Notes: generated by a model from the letters alone, not told the origin. Numbered from the stretch's first letter, positions 7,552 through 16,162 are shown. The stretch: 64,000 nucleotides of DNA from an uncultured Bacilli bacterium (GCA_934119965.1 CAKOTA010000002.1:37988-101987), one strand, 5' to 3'. Numbers and translations are program-made.

Positions 7552-8461
7552 CAAGAACAGCATAAACTGTCATTTCACCATATTTTACATTTGGATTTTC
7601 TTTGTATAATCTTAGTGCTTCTTCTCCAGTTGGTGGTTGTGGAAAAGCGTCTTGATTTTGTAGTGCTACCGCTTGAACTGTCCCTGAGTTTGCACAAGTT
7701 AAAAACCACCCATTTACAGCTACTACTTCACCTTGTGAAATTGTTGTATTGCTTACTATCCAGTAACAAGTGTCTCTTCTAATATGGTTTACCATATTAT
7801 TATATTTCCAATTATATTCGTCTGTTAAAGTATTAGCAGGCAATTTATTATTAAAGCATTGTTCACATTGTGTATTGTCTTCAATCACTTCATAGTTTTC
7901 TTGAATATTATTATAATCATTATTATTTTCAACTGGCTTTTCATTCACAGTCAATTTAAATTCTTCTTCTTTTTTATTATTAGAAGAATCTATTGCTACA
8001 TATTTTAATGTATATTCTCCAGCATTATCAAAATTATAAGTTCCTTCTACGGTTGCTTTTATTTCTTCTTTTGAATTATCACTTACTTTAACATTTTCTA
8101 ATAAATCTATACTTGTTCCAACTGTTGTTGATAATTCTTTTTGATATTCTATTGTTGGTGCTTGTGTATCTATAATTTTGATTTTAAATCTATATTCTTT
8201 TTCTTTATTTTTATCTTTATATTTTAAAATAATTTCTTTTGTTCCTAATGATGAAGTATCAATTATTTCATCTTTATTTATTATTTCTACTTTATTTTTC
8301 TTACTAACTAATGACGATAATTTTAATTCACTATTTATTTCAAAATTTAAATTATTGTTTAAAATTATATCTACTTTTTGTTCTGACTTATTGTTACCAC
8401 AACCAGTTACAATTAATAGTAACATTATTAAACTTAAAAATCTTACTTTTTTCATATCCAA
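7547..8461 (-). CDS. secreted lipoprotein with Ig-like (DUF5011-type) domain and Cys-containing C-terminal domain
   Basis: Lipobox LLIVTGC. IIDTQAPTIEY...VSDNSKEEIKATVEGTYNFDNAGEYTLKYVAIDSSNNKKEEEFKLTV matches the DUF5011/bacterial Ig-like pattern. Paralog of 49902-50981 over the N-terminal region. Confidence 0.7.
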   Translation of the reverse strand: MDMKKVRFLSLIMLLLIVTGCGNNKSEQKVDIILNNNLNFEINSELKLSSLVSKKNKVEIINKDEIIDTSSLGTKEIILKYKDKNKEKEYRFKIKIIDTQAPTIEYQKELSTTVGTSIDLLENVKVSDNSKEEIKATVEGTYNFDNAGEYTLKYVAIDSSNNKKEEEFKLTVNEKPVENNNDYNNIQENYEVIEDNTQCEQCFNNKLPANTLTDEYNWKYNNMVNHIRRDTCYWIVSNTTISQGEVVAVNGWFLTCANSGTVQAVALQNQDAFPQPPTGEEALRLYKENPNVKYGEMTVYAVLE

Positions 8462-8609
8462 ACTCCTAACTGTAATTAAAAAAGAAACACAAAATAACTA
8501 TGTTCCGATAATATTATTAAGTAAATTGTACTATCAGATTACAACTTTACCATCGACAATATTATTGTATCATTATACAAAATATGTGTCAATTAATTTA
8601 TACAAATCG

Positions 8610-8640
8610 AAAAAACATATATTACTTAGAATATATGTTT
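8610..8640 (-). terminator. rho-independent terminator after small ORF 8667-8822
   Basis: 10-bp stem AAACATATAT/ATATATGTTT (8613-8622, 8631-8640) with a T-tract on the minus strand, 27 nt below the ORF stop. Confidence 0.55.
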
Positions 8641-8666
8641 AAATTTTTTGTTTTTAGTCATAATAA

Positions 8667-8822
8667 CTATGAACAAAATTTAGTATATTGTTCTAATAAC
8701 AATTCATCATATTTTTTTAATATTTCTTTTTCCATTTTTGTAGAAAATATTTTTTTCTTCATAACTTCATTTCTTAATTTGTTTCTTTTTTCTTCTAAAA
8801 TTTCTATTATTGCACTATTCAT
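8667..8822 (-). CDS. small helical protein (51 aa; Spo0E-like pattern, tentative)
   Basis: Not in the ORF track (under 60 aa). MNSAIIEILEEKRNKLRNEVMKKKIFSTKMEKEILKKYDELLLEQYTKFCS. It has GGGTGG 4 nt upstream, a consensus promoter just upstream and its own terminator. An alternative in-frame ATG lies at 8834. Confidence 0.4.
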   Translation of the reverse strand: MNSAIIEILEEKRNKLRNEVMKKKIFSTKMEKEILKKYDELLLEQYTKFCS

Positions 8823-8838
8823 CCAACCACCCATACTT

Positions 8839-8881
8839 ATTATACTGGTTAATTAACCAATAGTCAATAGATAATCATAAT
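8839..8881. promoter_or_regulatory. divergent promoter pair sharing a 14-nt perfect palindrome (candidate operator)
   Basis: Minus strand: TTGACT (8862-8867), 17 nt, TATAAT (8839-8844). Plus strand: TTAACC (8853-8858), 17 nt, CATAAT (8876-8881). The palindrome TGGTTAATTAACCA (8846-8859) lies in the spacer of one promoter and over the -35 of the other. Confidence 0.5.
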
Positions 8882-8909
8882 GCTAGAATAAATATATAGG
8901 AGGTAAGTT

Positions 8910-9149
8910 ATGAGTAAAGTTTATAAAGTTAAATTAGAAAATGGCTATTTCCTATTTAAATTGGATGATGTATTAGAGAAAAAACAAATTAGTAAAAATA
9001 AACTAATGCGTGATACTAATACTGATTTCAAGGTTATCAAAAGATTAAGTACTGGAGAATGCACAAGAATGGATATTTTTATAATAGCAAGACTATGTGA
9101 TTATCTTAATTGTGAAATGACAGATATTGTTGAATATATAAAAGAATAG
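8910..9149 (+). CDS. small Cro/CI-type HTH regulator (HTH_26/YozG-like)
   Basis: ISKNKLMRDTNTDFKVIKRLSTGECTRMDIFIIARLCDYLNCEMTDIVEY. SD AGGAGG. Confidence 0.7.
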   Translation: MSKVYKVKLENGYFLFKLDDVLEKKQISKNKLMRDTNTDFKVIKRLSTGECTRMDIFIIARLCDYLNCEMTDIVEYIKE

Positions 9150-9161
9150 ACACAAATGTGT

Positions 9162-10025
9162 CTATTTTTCGTATCTTGTAACTATTCCACATGGTAATAT
9201 TAAATTTGAATTTTTTATTGGTAATCCAATTTCATCTGAATAAATTTTTCCTGGGTATTTTTTACCTAGTGTTAATTTTAATACATTATTCATTACTTCC
9301 ATTGATAATCCTGTAGTATATGAATTTATAATAAAGAATAAAGGATCATCTGATAGTATTTCCATACATAGTTCTACTAAATTAAATAAATCTTTTTCTA
9401 TATCCCAAACTTCACCATTAGATCCTCTTCCGTAACTTGGAGGATCCATTATTATAGCATCATATTTATTTCCGCGTCTAATTTCTCTCTTAACAAATTT
9501 TACGACATCATCAACTAAATATCTAATTGGTTTATCTTCTAGGCCGGATGAAACAACATTTTCCTTAGCCCAATCAACCATTCCTTTTGATGAATCAACA
9601 TGTACTACACTTGCTCCAGCTGATAAACAAGCAACACTTGCACCACCAGTATAAGCAAATAGATTAAGTACTTTTATTTCCCTATTAGATTCTTTAATTT
9701 TATTTATCATAAAATCCCAGTTAGCAGCTTGTTCTGGAAATAGGCCTGTATGCTTAAAACCCATTTGTTTTATATTAAATACTAAATTTTTGTATTTTAC
9801 TTGCCACCTGTCTGGCGTTCTTTTTAGGTTTTCCCAATAGCCTCCACCTTTATTACTTCTGTGATAATGTGCATTAATATTTTTATATTTTTCTAATAAA
9901 TTTCCGTTATTCCATATAATTTGTGGATCTGGTCTAAGTAGTATAATGTCATTCCATCTTTCTAGTTTTTCACCATTAGATGTATCTAATATTTCATAAT
10001 TTTTCCATTCATTACTTATTATCAT
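9162..10025 (-). CDS. class I SAM-dependent methyltransferase (RlmI/RlmK-like catalytic domain, no PUA)
   Basis: LNLFAYTGGASVACLSAGASVVHVDSS (SAM motif I) and YDAIIMDPPSYGRG (motif IV, DPP). Confidence 0.7.
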   Translation of the reverse strand: MIISNEWKNYEILDTSNGEKLERWNDIILLRPDPQIIWNNGNLLEKYKNINAHYHRSNKGGGYWENLKRTPDRWQVKYKNLVFNIKQMGFKHTGLFPEQAANWDFMINKIKESNREIKVLNLFAYTGGASVACLSAGASVVHVDSSKGMVDWAKENVVSSGLEDKPIRYLVDDVVKFVKREIRRGNKYDAIIMDPPSYGRGSNGEVWDIEKDLFNLVELCMEILSDDPLFFIINSYTTGLSMEVMNNVLKLTLGKKYPGKIYSDEIGLPIKNSNLILPCGIVTRYEK

Positions 10026-10091
10026 AAAATCACCTATTCAATTATAACATATTTAGATAGATTTAAAAACTGGATAAACGAATTATAATTT

Positions 10092-10495
10092 CTATCTTCC
10101 TTTATGTTTTTCTAATTTTTTCTTTTGTTTAATTTCAAATTTTTTCTTTTCTGCTTGTTCCCTCTTTATTTTATAATTTTCTTTATTATCTTGTTTAATC
10201 AATTCATGTTGTTGCTTTAAAGCTTGTTGAGATTTCGTTCCAACTGATTTTTTTATCTGATTTTTAACAATTCTTTGCAATCTTTTAGGGTTAATTTTAC
10301 TATAGTTTTTACTGGAGGACTGAATTTCAAAAATCTATAATTGTTCAAGATAAAATTATGGATTTCTATATCTTTAGGCTCTGAACCAAAAGTAAATTTA
10401 GCAACTTCAAGTTTATTATTAACTATTTTTTCAAATATACCAACCCAAAAAGTACCATCAAATAAGACAGTTAATTTTATTTGTACCTTATTCAT
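10092..10495 (-). pseudogene. DUF2992 (YjdF-like) family gene split by a frameshift
   Basis: ORF 10253-10495 gives the N-domain (KLTVLFDGTFWVGIFEKIVNNKLEVAKFTFGSEPKDIEIHNFILNNYRFLKFSPPVK). ORF 10092-10280 in another frame gives the basic tail (..KINPKRLQRIVKNQIKKSVGTKSQQALKQQ...KKKLEKHKGR). The frames overlap around A-runs at about 10285-10300. Confidence 0.6.
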
Positions 10496-10591
10496 TTAAT
10501 TTACCTCCTACATATATTTAGATAAGAAAATTAAGATGATGGACATTAACAATTAATTTTGTATTCCTATTATACTACAAATTATTTTAAG

Positions 10592-10617
10592 AAAAAAGCC
10601 AAGTTGTAAAACTTGAC
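10592..10617 (-). terminator. rho-independent terminator after rpsI
   Basis: Minus strand GTCAAGTT-TTAC-AACTTGGC followed by TTTTTT. Confidence 0.7.
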
Positions 10618-10630
10618 TTTGATATGCAAA

Positions 10631-11047
10631 TTATCTTTTTGAGAATTGTGGTGCTCTACGAGCTGCTTTAAGACCTGGTTTTTTACGTTCTTTAACTCTT
10701 GAGTCTCTTGTAATAAATCCAGCTCTTTTTAAAGTTTTTCTGTAACTATCTTCTGATTCTTCATTACCAGCATCGTATTGTAATAAAGCTCTTGTAATTC
10801 CTAGACGGATAGCACCAGCTTGACCAGTGAATCCTCCACCATTTACTTTAGCTTCGATATCAAATGTTTCAGCATTATTAGTTGCTACTAGAGGTTGCAT
10901 TAAATCCATAACATTAGTTTCATATGGGAAAAATTCTCTAACATCTTTTCCATTAACTGTTATTTTACCTTTACCTGGAACCATCTTAATTTGTGCTACA
11001 GATGATTTTCTTCTACCAGTTCCAATAAATATTCTTTTATCAGCCAT
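10631..11047 (-). CDS. rpsI: 30S ribosomal protein S9
   Basis: ...[19 protein letters not shown]...[17 protein letters not shown]. Follows rplM. Confidence 0.95.
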   Translation of the reverse strand: MADKRIFIGTGRRKSSVAQIKMVPGKGKITVNGKDVREFFPYETNVMDLMQPLVATNNAETFDIEAKVNGGGFTGQAGAIRLGITRALLQYDAGNEESEDSYRKTLKRAGFITRDSRVKERKKPGLKAARRAPQFSKR

Positions 11048-11059
11048 TTAAAAAACCTC

Positions 11060-11494
11060 CTATTTCATTTTTAACTCAACTGGTTGTTGAGCTGCATGTG
11101 GATGTGATCCTTCTGCGTAAACAAATAATTTTTTATACATTTGACGTCCTAGTCTTCCTTTTGGAAGCATACCTTTAATAGCTCTTTCCATCATTTCTAC
11201 TGGATAGCTTTCTTTCATAACACGAGCTGTTCTTTCTCTTAATCCTCCAGTGTAACCACTGTGATTGTAATAAATTTTATCTTCTAATTTATTACCAGTT
11301 AAGTTAACTTTTGAAGCATTAATGATAATTACATTGTCTCCACAATCGATATGTGGTGTGAAAGTTGGTTTATGTTTTCCTCTTAAGATATGTGCAGCTT
11401 TAGTAGCAACACGACCTAAGTTTTGACCTTCAGCATCAATTACATACCAATTACGAACTAATTCTTCTTTTTTTTGCATATATGAATTTTTCAT
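11060..11494 (-). CDS. rplM: 50S ribosomal protein L13
   Basis: [30 protein letters not shown]... Start set at ATG 11494 behind AAGGGA; the track ORF carries 27 spurious leader codons. Confidence 0.93.
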   Translation of the reverse strand: MKNSYMQKKEELVRNWYVIDAEGQNLGRVATKAAHILRGKHKPTFTPHIDCGDNVIIINASKVNLTGNKLEDKIYYNHSGYTGGLRERTARVMKESYPVEMMERAIKGMLPKGRLGRQMYKKLFVYAEGSHPHAAQQPVELKMK

Positions 11495-11639
11495 AAATAT
11501 TTCCCTTTCTAATATAAATTGTTTGAAATGAGTGTTCCCAATACCCATTTCTTTGGGATATATAAAATGTACCAATTATGATTGTACTAAAAAAAGGTTA
11601 AAAAGTCAATAAATTTCCTTTATAAATAAAGAGTTTTTA

Positions 11640-12368
11640 TTAATATTTTACATTTTTTAAGTATAAGCCTTCTGGAGGTGCAGTTATACCTGCTTTTTCT
11701 CTATTTTCAGATAATAATATTTCTTTCACTTGATCAATTTCTTTTTTATCAGATCCTACTTCAATTAATGTACCTACTAGATTTCTAACCATATATCTTA
11801 AAAAACCATTGCCTATAAATTTTATTTCTAAAATATTATTTTTTAATTCAAATTTAATGTTATATATAGTTCTAACATAGTCTTTTTCTTTGATATCTGT
11901 TTTGGTGAATGATTTAAAATTATGAGTACCTATTAATATTTTAGAAGCTTTTTTCATTTTTTTAACATCTAATTTTTTATTATATTGATAGATATAATTT
12001 CTATCAAATACATTATATTCACCTATATTAATTTTATAAATATATTCTTTTTTTATGACATTAAATCTTGCGTGAAAATCGTCTGGTACCTTTTCTATTT
12101 TTTTAATATATATATCATCATTAATTAGTTTATTAAGTGAATGTTTTAGTTTATTAATATCTATTTCTGAATCACTATCAAAATGTGCTTTAGCATTTAT
12201 TCCGTGCACTTTAGCGTCTGTTCTGCCACTAGAACTAATTGTAGTTTTTTTGTTTAATATTTTTGATAAATTATCTTCAATGTTATCTTGAATTGTATTT
12301 TTATTTACTTGTTTTTGATAACCATTATAATTCGTTCCATCATAGGAAAATGTCATTAAGTAACGCAT
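11640..12368 (-). CDS. truA: tRNA pseudouridine(38-40) synthase TruA
   Basis: MRYLMTFSYDGTNYNGYQKQ..., catalytic SGRTDAKVHG, FLRYMVRNLVG. Start ATG 12368 behind GGAGG. Confidence 0.9.
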   Translation of the reverse strand: MRYLMTFSYDGTNYNGYQKQVNKNTIQDNIEDNLSKILNKKTTISSSGRTDAKVHGINAKAHFDSDSEIDINKLKHSLNKLINDDIYIKKIEKVPDDFHARFNVIKKEYIYKINIGEYNVFDRNYIYQYNKKLDVKKMKKASKILIGTHNFKSFTKTDIKEKDYVRTIYNIKFELKNNILEIKFIGNGFLRYMVRNLVGTLIEVGSDKKEIDQVKEILLSENREKAGITAPPEGLYLKNVKY

Positions 12369-13074
12369 ATCTACCTCCAAATACAACTATGTAAATTATT
12401 AATATTATCCAATCTCTTAGATTCCAATTATAAGTATCTATTTTAATATTATAATCATATAATTTCAATTCTAGTTCATCGGCTAACATATCAGCTTTCC
12501 TAATTAGTAAACTGAATGTTGGGATTATTATTGCTTTTAATACTAATATTTTATTTTTTTTTATTCCTTTACTTATTAATCCTTTTATTACTGTATTAAA
12601 TTCTTCTATCACTATTGGTATAAATTTTATTGATAGTGTTAAAACAAATATAATTTTTTTGGTGTTTATTTTTAATATTTTTAATGGCAGTAATAATTTA
12701 TCTAGACTATATATTAATTCATTTGTTGATGTTGAGATTGTTATTAATGAACTATATATAAATATTTCTATTATTTTTAGAATATTTGTTATGTTTAATA
12801 TCATATCTACTTTACATAATAAATTAATAATAAATACAGGTATTAATAAATATAATAATCCTTTCATTGATTTTAAATATTTATTTATTTTAATTTTTGA
12901 TAATAATATTAATAAAACTAAATATATAATAAGTAAAATATGTTCTATTATATTATTTGAGGTTATTGATATTATTGTAAAAATAATTAAAGTTAATAGT
13001 TTATTTAATGGATTAATTTTTTGAATGATTGAGTTTGTATCTATGTATCTAAATATTTGAATGTTATTTAACAT
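12340..13074 (-). CDS. ecfT: energy-coupling factor transporter transmembrane component EcfT
   Basis: Polytopic CbiQ/EcfT-like protein immediately after two EcfA ATPase genes and before truA (the conserved Bacillota order). Confidence 0.8.
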   Translation of the reverse strand: MLNNIQIFRYIDTNSIIQKINPLNKLLTLIIFTIISITSNNIIEHILLIIYLVLLILLSKIKINKYLKSMKGLLYLLIPVFIINLLCKVDMILNITNILKIIEIFIYSSLITISTSTNELIYSLDKLLLPLKILKINTKKIIFVLTLSIKFIPIVIEEFNTVIKGLISKGIKKNKILVLKAIIIPTFSLLIRKADMLADELELKLYDYNIKIDTYNWNLRDWIILIIYIVVFGGRYALLNDIFL

Positions 13075-13867
13075 ATCTATAAATATCCTTTATTAAATCA
13101 TTTATATCATCTCTATATCCTATTTTTATCTTTTTTATTTTAAGAACTTTGTTAGAAAATGAAATTAAATTAGGAACTTTTATCTTTATTTTATTTAGTT
13201 TTTCTTCTTGTTTAAATATTGTATATTTATCGCCTTCCATAATTATTTTTTTATTATCAAGAACGTATATATAATCTGCTATTTTGTGAATAAAATTCAT
13301 ATCGTGAGAGGCAATTATTATTGTCTTATTATATCTATTTTTAAGCATTCTTATTAATTTAATCATTTCATTTTTATCTTTATCATCTAATCCAATTGTT
13401 GGTTCATCTAATAATATTATTTTAGGATTTAAAATTAATACTGAGGCTAAGGCTAATTTTCTTTTTTCACCACTAGATAAATTAAAAGGATTTTTATTTA
13501 AATAGTCTTCATTTAAATTTACCATTTCTAAAACATCATAGATTCTTTTATTTATATCTTTTTTATAATCACTTAATTTTAATATAACTTCTAGTTCTTT
13601 TTTTACTGTTTGATTAAAAAATTGTTCTTCTGGAAATTGAAACAAAAATCCAATTTTGTTTACATCTTCAATTATTATTTCACCTTTTGTAGGTACAATA
13701 ATATTATCGATTAGTTCTAATAGGGTAGTTTTACCACTTCCGCTTTTTCCAATAATTGAAGTTATTTTTCCAGCTTCAAATTTCATATTTATATTTTTTA
13801 ATACTTCTTTTTTTTCATAATTTATTTTTTCATAAGTAAAATCCACATTTTTTAATTCTATTTCCAT
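13064..13867 (-). CDS. ecfA2: ECF transporter ATPase EcfA2
   Basis: Walker A GKSGSGKTT, signature LSSGEKRK, Walker B ILLDEPT, H-loop SHDM. Confidence 0.88.
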   Translation of the reverse strand: MEIELKNVDFTYEKINYEKKEVLKNINMKFEAGKITSIIGKSGSGKTTLLELIDNIIVPTKGEIIIEDVNKIGFLFQFPEEQFFNQTVKKELEVILKLSDYKKDINKRIYDVLEMVNLNEDYLNKNPFNLSSGEKRKLALASVLILNPKIILLDEPTIGLDDKDKNEMIKLIRMLKNRYNKTIIIASHDMNFIHKIADYIYVLDNKKIIMEGDKYTIFKQEEKLNKIKIKVPNLISFSNKVLKIKKIKIGYRDDINDLIKDIYRYVK

Positions 13868-14643
13868 AATTTATTCACCATCTTATTAATGTCTAATATT
13901 ATTTCATCTAGTAAATTATAATATTTCAATTTGATTGATAGGGATGCCATAAATGGTAATTCTAGGTTATTTTCTTTAAATATTTTTTCGTTCTCAAAGG
14001 CTTTATTTGTTTTTGAATCTAATACTATGTTTTTATTTCCTAGCATTACTATTCTTTTACCATATAAAAGATCATCCATATCATTCGTAGTACATATTAT
14101 TGTTGTTTTATTTTCTCTATTTATTTTTTTTAAATATTTATATACTTTTTCTTTTGTTATTCCATCTAACATAGATGTACATTCATCCAGTATTATTATT
14201 TTAGGGGTTCCTAAAAGTGCAGCGGCTATTTTTACTAATTCTTTTTCTCCACCGCTTAATGAGTTTGGTTCACAATCTAAAATATTTTCTATTTCTAGGT
14301 ATTTTGCTATTTTGTTTATTTGCTCATTTATTTCTTCTTTTGGTGTATTTAGATTTTTTAGTTTTATTTCTAATTCTTCTCTTACTGTATCTGTTATAAA
14401 AATAGTGTTTAATCCTTCAAATGATACATTCATTATTTTTTTTATTTCATTTATTTCAGCATTATCTACTTTTATATCAAAGTTTTCCTTTATTAAACCT
14501 GATAGTATTTTGACTAATGTTGTTTTGCCACTTCCGCTTTTTCCTATTATAAAAACAAATTCACCATTTTTAATTTCTAGATTTAAATCACTAAATATTA
14601 TCTTATTTTTATATGAAAAATTTAAGTTTTTAATTGTTATCAT
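13858..14643 (-). CDS. ecfA1: ECF transporter ATPase EcfA1
   Basis: Walker A GKSGSGKTT, signature LSGGEKEL, Walker B IILDECTS. Start set to ATG 14643 behind GGGTGG (the track start is a GTG three codons upstream). Confidence 0.85.
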   Translation of the reverse strand: MITIKNLNFSYKNKIIFSDLNLEIKNGEFVFIIGKSGSGKTTLVKILSGLIKENFDIKVDNAEINEIKKIMNVSFEGLNTIFITDTVREELEIKLKNLNTPKEEINEQINKIAKYLEIENILDCEPNSLSGGEKELVKIAAALLGTPKIIILDECTSMLDGITKEKVYKYLKKINRENKTTIICTTNDMDDLLYGKRIVMLGNKNIVLDSKTNKAFENEKIFKENNLELPFMASLSIKLKYYNLLDEIILDINKMVNKLWK

Positions 14644-14667
14644 TTTAACCACCCGCTAATACTATCT

Positions 14668-14696
14668 ATTATAATATAATTAATCTTATTTTACAA
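14668..14696 (-). promoter_or_regulatory. sigma-A type promoter for ecfA1-ecfA2-ecfT-truA
   Basis: Minus strand TTGTAA (14691-14696), 17 nt, TATAAT (14668-14673). Confidence 0.55.
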
Positions 14697-14706
14697 TTTT
14701 TTTAAG

Positions 14707-14735
14707 AAAAAAGTAGTAAAAACTATTTTACTACT
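14707..14735 (-). terminator. rho-independent terminator overlapping the stop codon of the prepilin-like gene
   Basis: 10-bp stem AGTAGTAAAA/TTTTACTACT (14712-14721, 14726-14735), 4-nt loop, T-run on the minus strand. Confidence 0.7.
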
Positions 14736-15340
14736 GCCTTATATTCTTTATCTTTTAAATTTATTTTTATTGTTTTATTTGGAATATTAATTTCGGTACT
14801 TTCCTTATACTCAGTATTATATATTGATAATTTTATGTATTTTTGATTAATTAATGTTTCTACATCTACTGAGGAATTGTCTTGTAATTCATTATCTTCA
14901 GCATATCTTATAGCTGCTTGTTCAATAAAATCGTCAGTACTTATGTATGCATTATAAGAATATTTACTATTTTTTACCTCTCCTGTAATTTCATCTACTA
15001 TATTTATGCAATCTATTATTACAAAGGTATTATGATCTTCGTCGTCAAATGTTCCGCCATTTATCGGATCAGTAACTTTTTCGTCTAAGTATGAATCATC
15101 TATTAATTCGTCTATTGTTACTAACAATGAATCGTTCTCATTATTTGGAAAATGAGTATCATTTACATTGTCTGCTGCCCAACTCATGGCAGCGGATTTT
15201 ATTGATCCTAAATTTGTATCATATACTTGTTTTTTATAATCCTTTATACTCACTAAAATATTAGGGGTAACAATAAGTGCGATTATTGAAAGAATGACTA
15301 ATGTTGTTACCAATTCTATTAATGTAAATCCTTTTTTCAT
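14723..15340 (-). CDS. type IV pilin-like protein (prepilin-type N-terminal cleavage/methylation domain)
   Basis: MKKG/FTLIELVTTLVILSIIALIV is a canonical class III signal (Gly-1, Phe+1, Glu+5). I saw no other pilus or competence genes in the window. Confidence 0.8.
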   Translation of the reverse strand: MKKGFTLIELVTTLVILSIIALIVTPNILVSIKDYKKQVYDTNLGSIKSAAMSWAADNVNDTHFPNNENDSLLVTIDELIDDSYLDEKVTDPINGGTFDDEDHNTFVIIDCINIVDEITGEVKNSKYSYNAYISTDDFIEQAAIRYAEDNELQDNSSVDVETLINQKYIKLSIYNTEYKESTEINIPNKTIKINLKDKEYKAVVK

Positions 15341-15341
15341 A

Positions 15342-16094
15342 TTATATTTCCTTTCTTTTTTGAATTTTATAATTTATTTTGTTCATTATTTTTCTAGGAA
15401 TTAATTTTCCAAAGACAACTAATATTTGATTTTTAACACCTGGTATGATTATTGTTCTTCTTTGAAACATTTTTTTTATTGCGTATATAGCAACTTCATC
15501 AGGTTCCATTGCTTTAACACCAAATTTTATTTTTGCTTTTTTATTAAATTCAGTATTAACTGGTCCTGGGCATAACGCCCCTACATAAACTTTGCTTTTA
15601 TTTTGTTTTAGTTCTTCATTTATTCCTTCTGTTAAATGCAAAACATAACTTTTAGTAGCATAATAACTAGACATTAATGGTCCTGTAAAAAATGCTGCCG
15701 TGGAAGCTGTGTTTAATATATATCCCTTGTCTTTTTTTGAAAAATCTTTTAAGAATAATTTAGTTAAAATATGAACTGTTTTAATATTAGTATTTATCAT
15801 ATCTAGCTCTTGTGTTAAATCGGTGTTTGTAAATTCTCCATATACTCCAAATCCGGCGTTATTTATTAATACATCTATATTATCATTTTTTACTTGTTCA
15901 TATAGTTTATAACAGTTTTCTTCTCTAGATAAATCTAAAGTGATAGTTTGAATATTGTTATTTAATTCATTTTTTGTTTCTAAAAGTTTTGCTTCTGTTT
16001 TAGCAACTAGGATTAAGTCATAGCCTAATTTATCTAAGTATTTAGCAATTTCCTTACCTATTCCAGAAGATGCTCCAGTTATTAATGCTTTCAT
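15342..16094 (-). CDS. short-chain dehydrogenase/reductase (SDR) family oxidoreductase
   Basis: TGASSGIGKEIA Rossmann motif, NNAG, catalytic YYATK. Confidence 0.88.
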   Translation of the reverse strand: MKALITGASSGIGKEIAKYLDKLGYDLILVAKTEAKLLETKNELNNNIQTITLDLSREENCYKLYEQVKNDNIDVLINNAGFGVYGEFTNTDLTQELDMINTNIKTVHILTKLFLKDFSKKDKGYILNTASTAAFFTGPLMSSYYATKSYVLHLTEGINEELKQNKSKVYVGALCPGPVNTEFNKKAKIKFGVKAMEPDEVAIYAIKKMFQRRTIIIPGVKNQILVVFGKLIPRKIMNKINYKIQKRKEI

Positions 16095-16136
16095 ATAACC
16101 ACCTATGTTTATATTAATTATATCATTTTTTTTTAT

Positions 16137-16162
16137 AAAAAAAAAGACACTATTTTGTGTCT
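16137..16162 (-). terminator. rho-independent terminator at the end of rplQ
   Basis: Minus strand AGACAC-AAAATA-GTGTCT followed by T9. The stem overlaps the last rplQ codons. Confidence 0.65.

Noticed and set aside
8178-8856. Plus-strand ORFs 8178-8642 and 8584-8856 in the region upstream of the Ig-like gene
   Set aside because: The first is antisense to the lipoprotein gene. The second is a low-complexity reading of AT-rich intergenic DNA that overlaps a better-supported minus-strand small ORF with its own promoter and terminator.
11495-11575. N-terminal extensions in the ORF track (rplM, truA, rplE, rplV, mnmE, mnmG, ecfA1, the AMP-ligase, the PF06541-like gene, the CHC2 gene)
   Set aside because: The extra codons precede the conserved protein N-termini, contain the real Shine-Dalgarno sequences, or start at GTG/TTG. 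I moved these starts to the internal ATG that sits behind an SD.
13931-14659. 242-aa plus-strand ORF antisense to ecfA1, the longest antisense ORF in the window
   Set aside because: The translation is low-complexity and Phe/Ser/Ile-rich with no motifs. The opposite strand encodes a complete ABC ATPase with Walker A/B and signature motifs. Long stop-free antisense frames are expected in AT-rich coding DNA.
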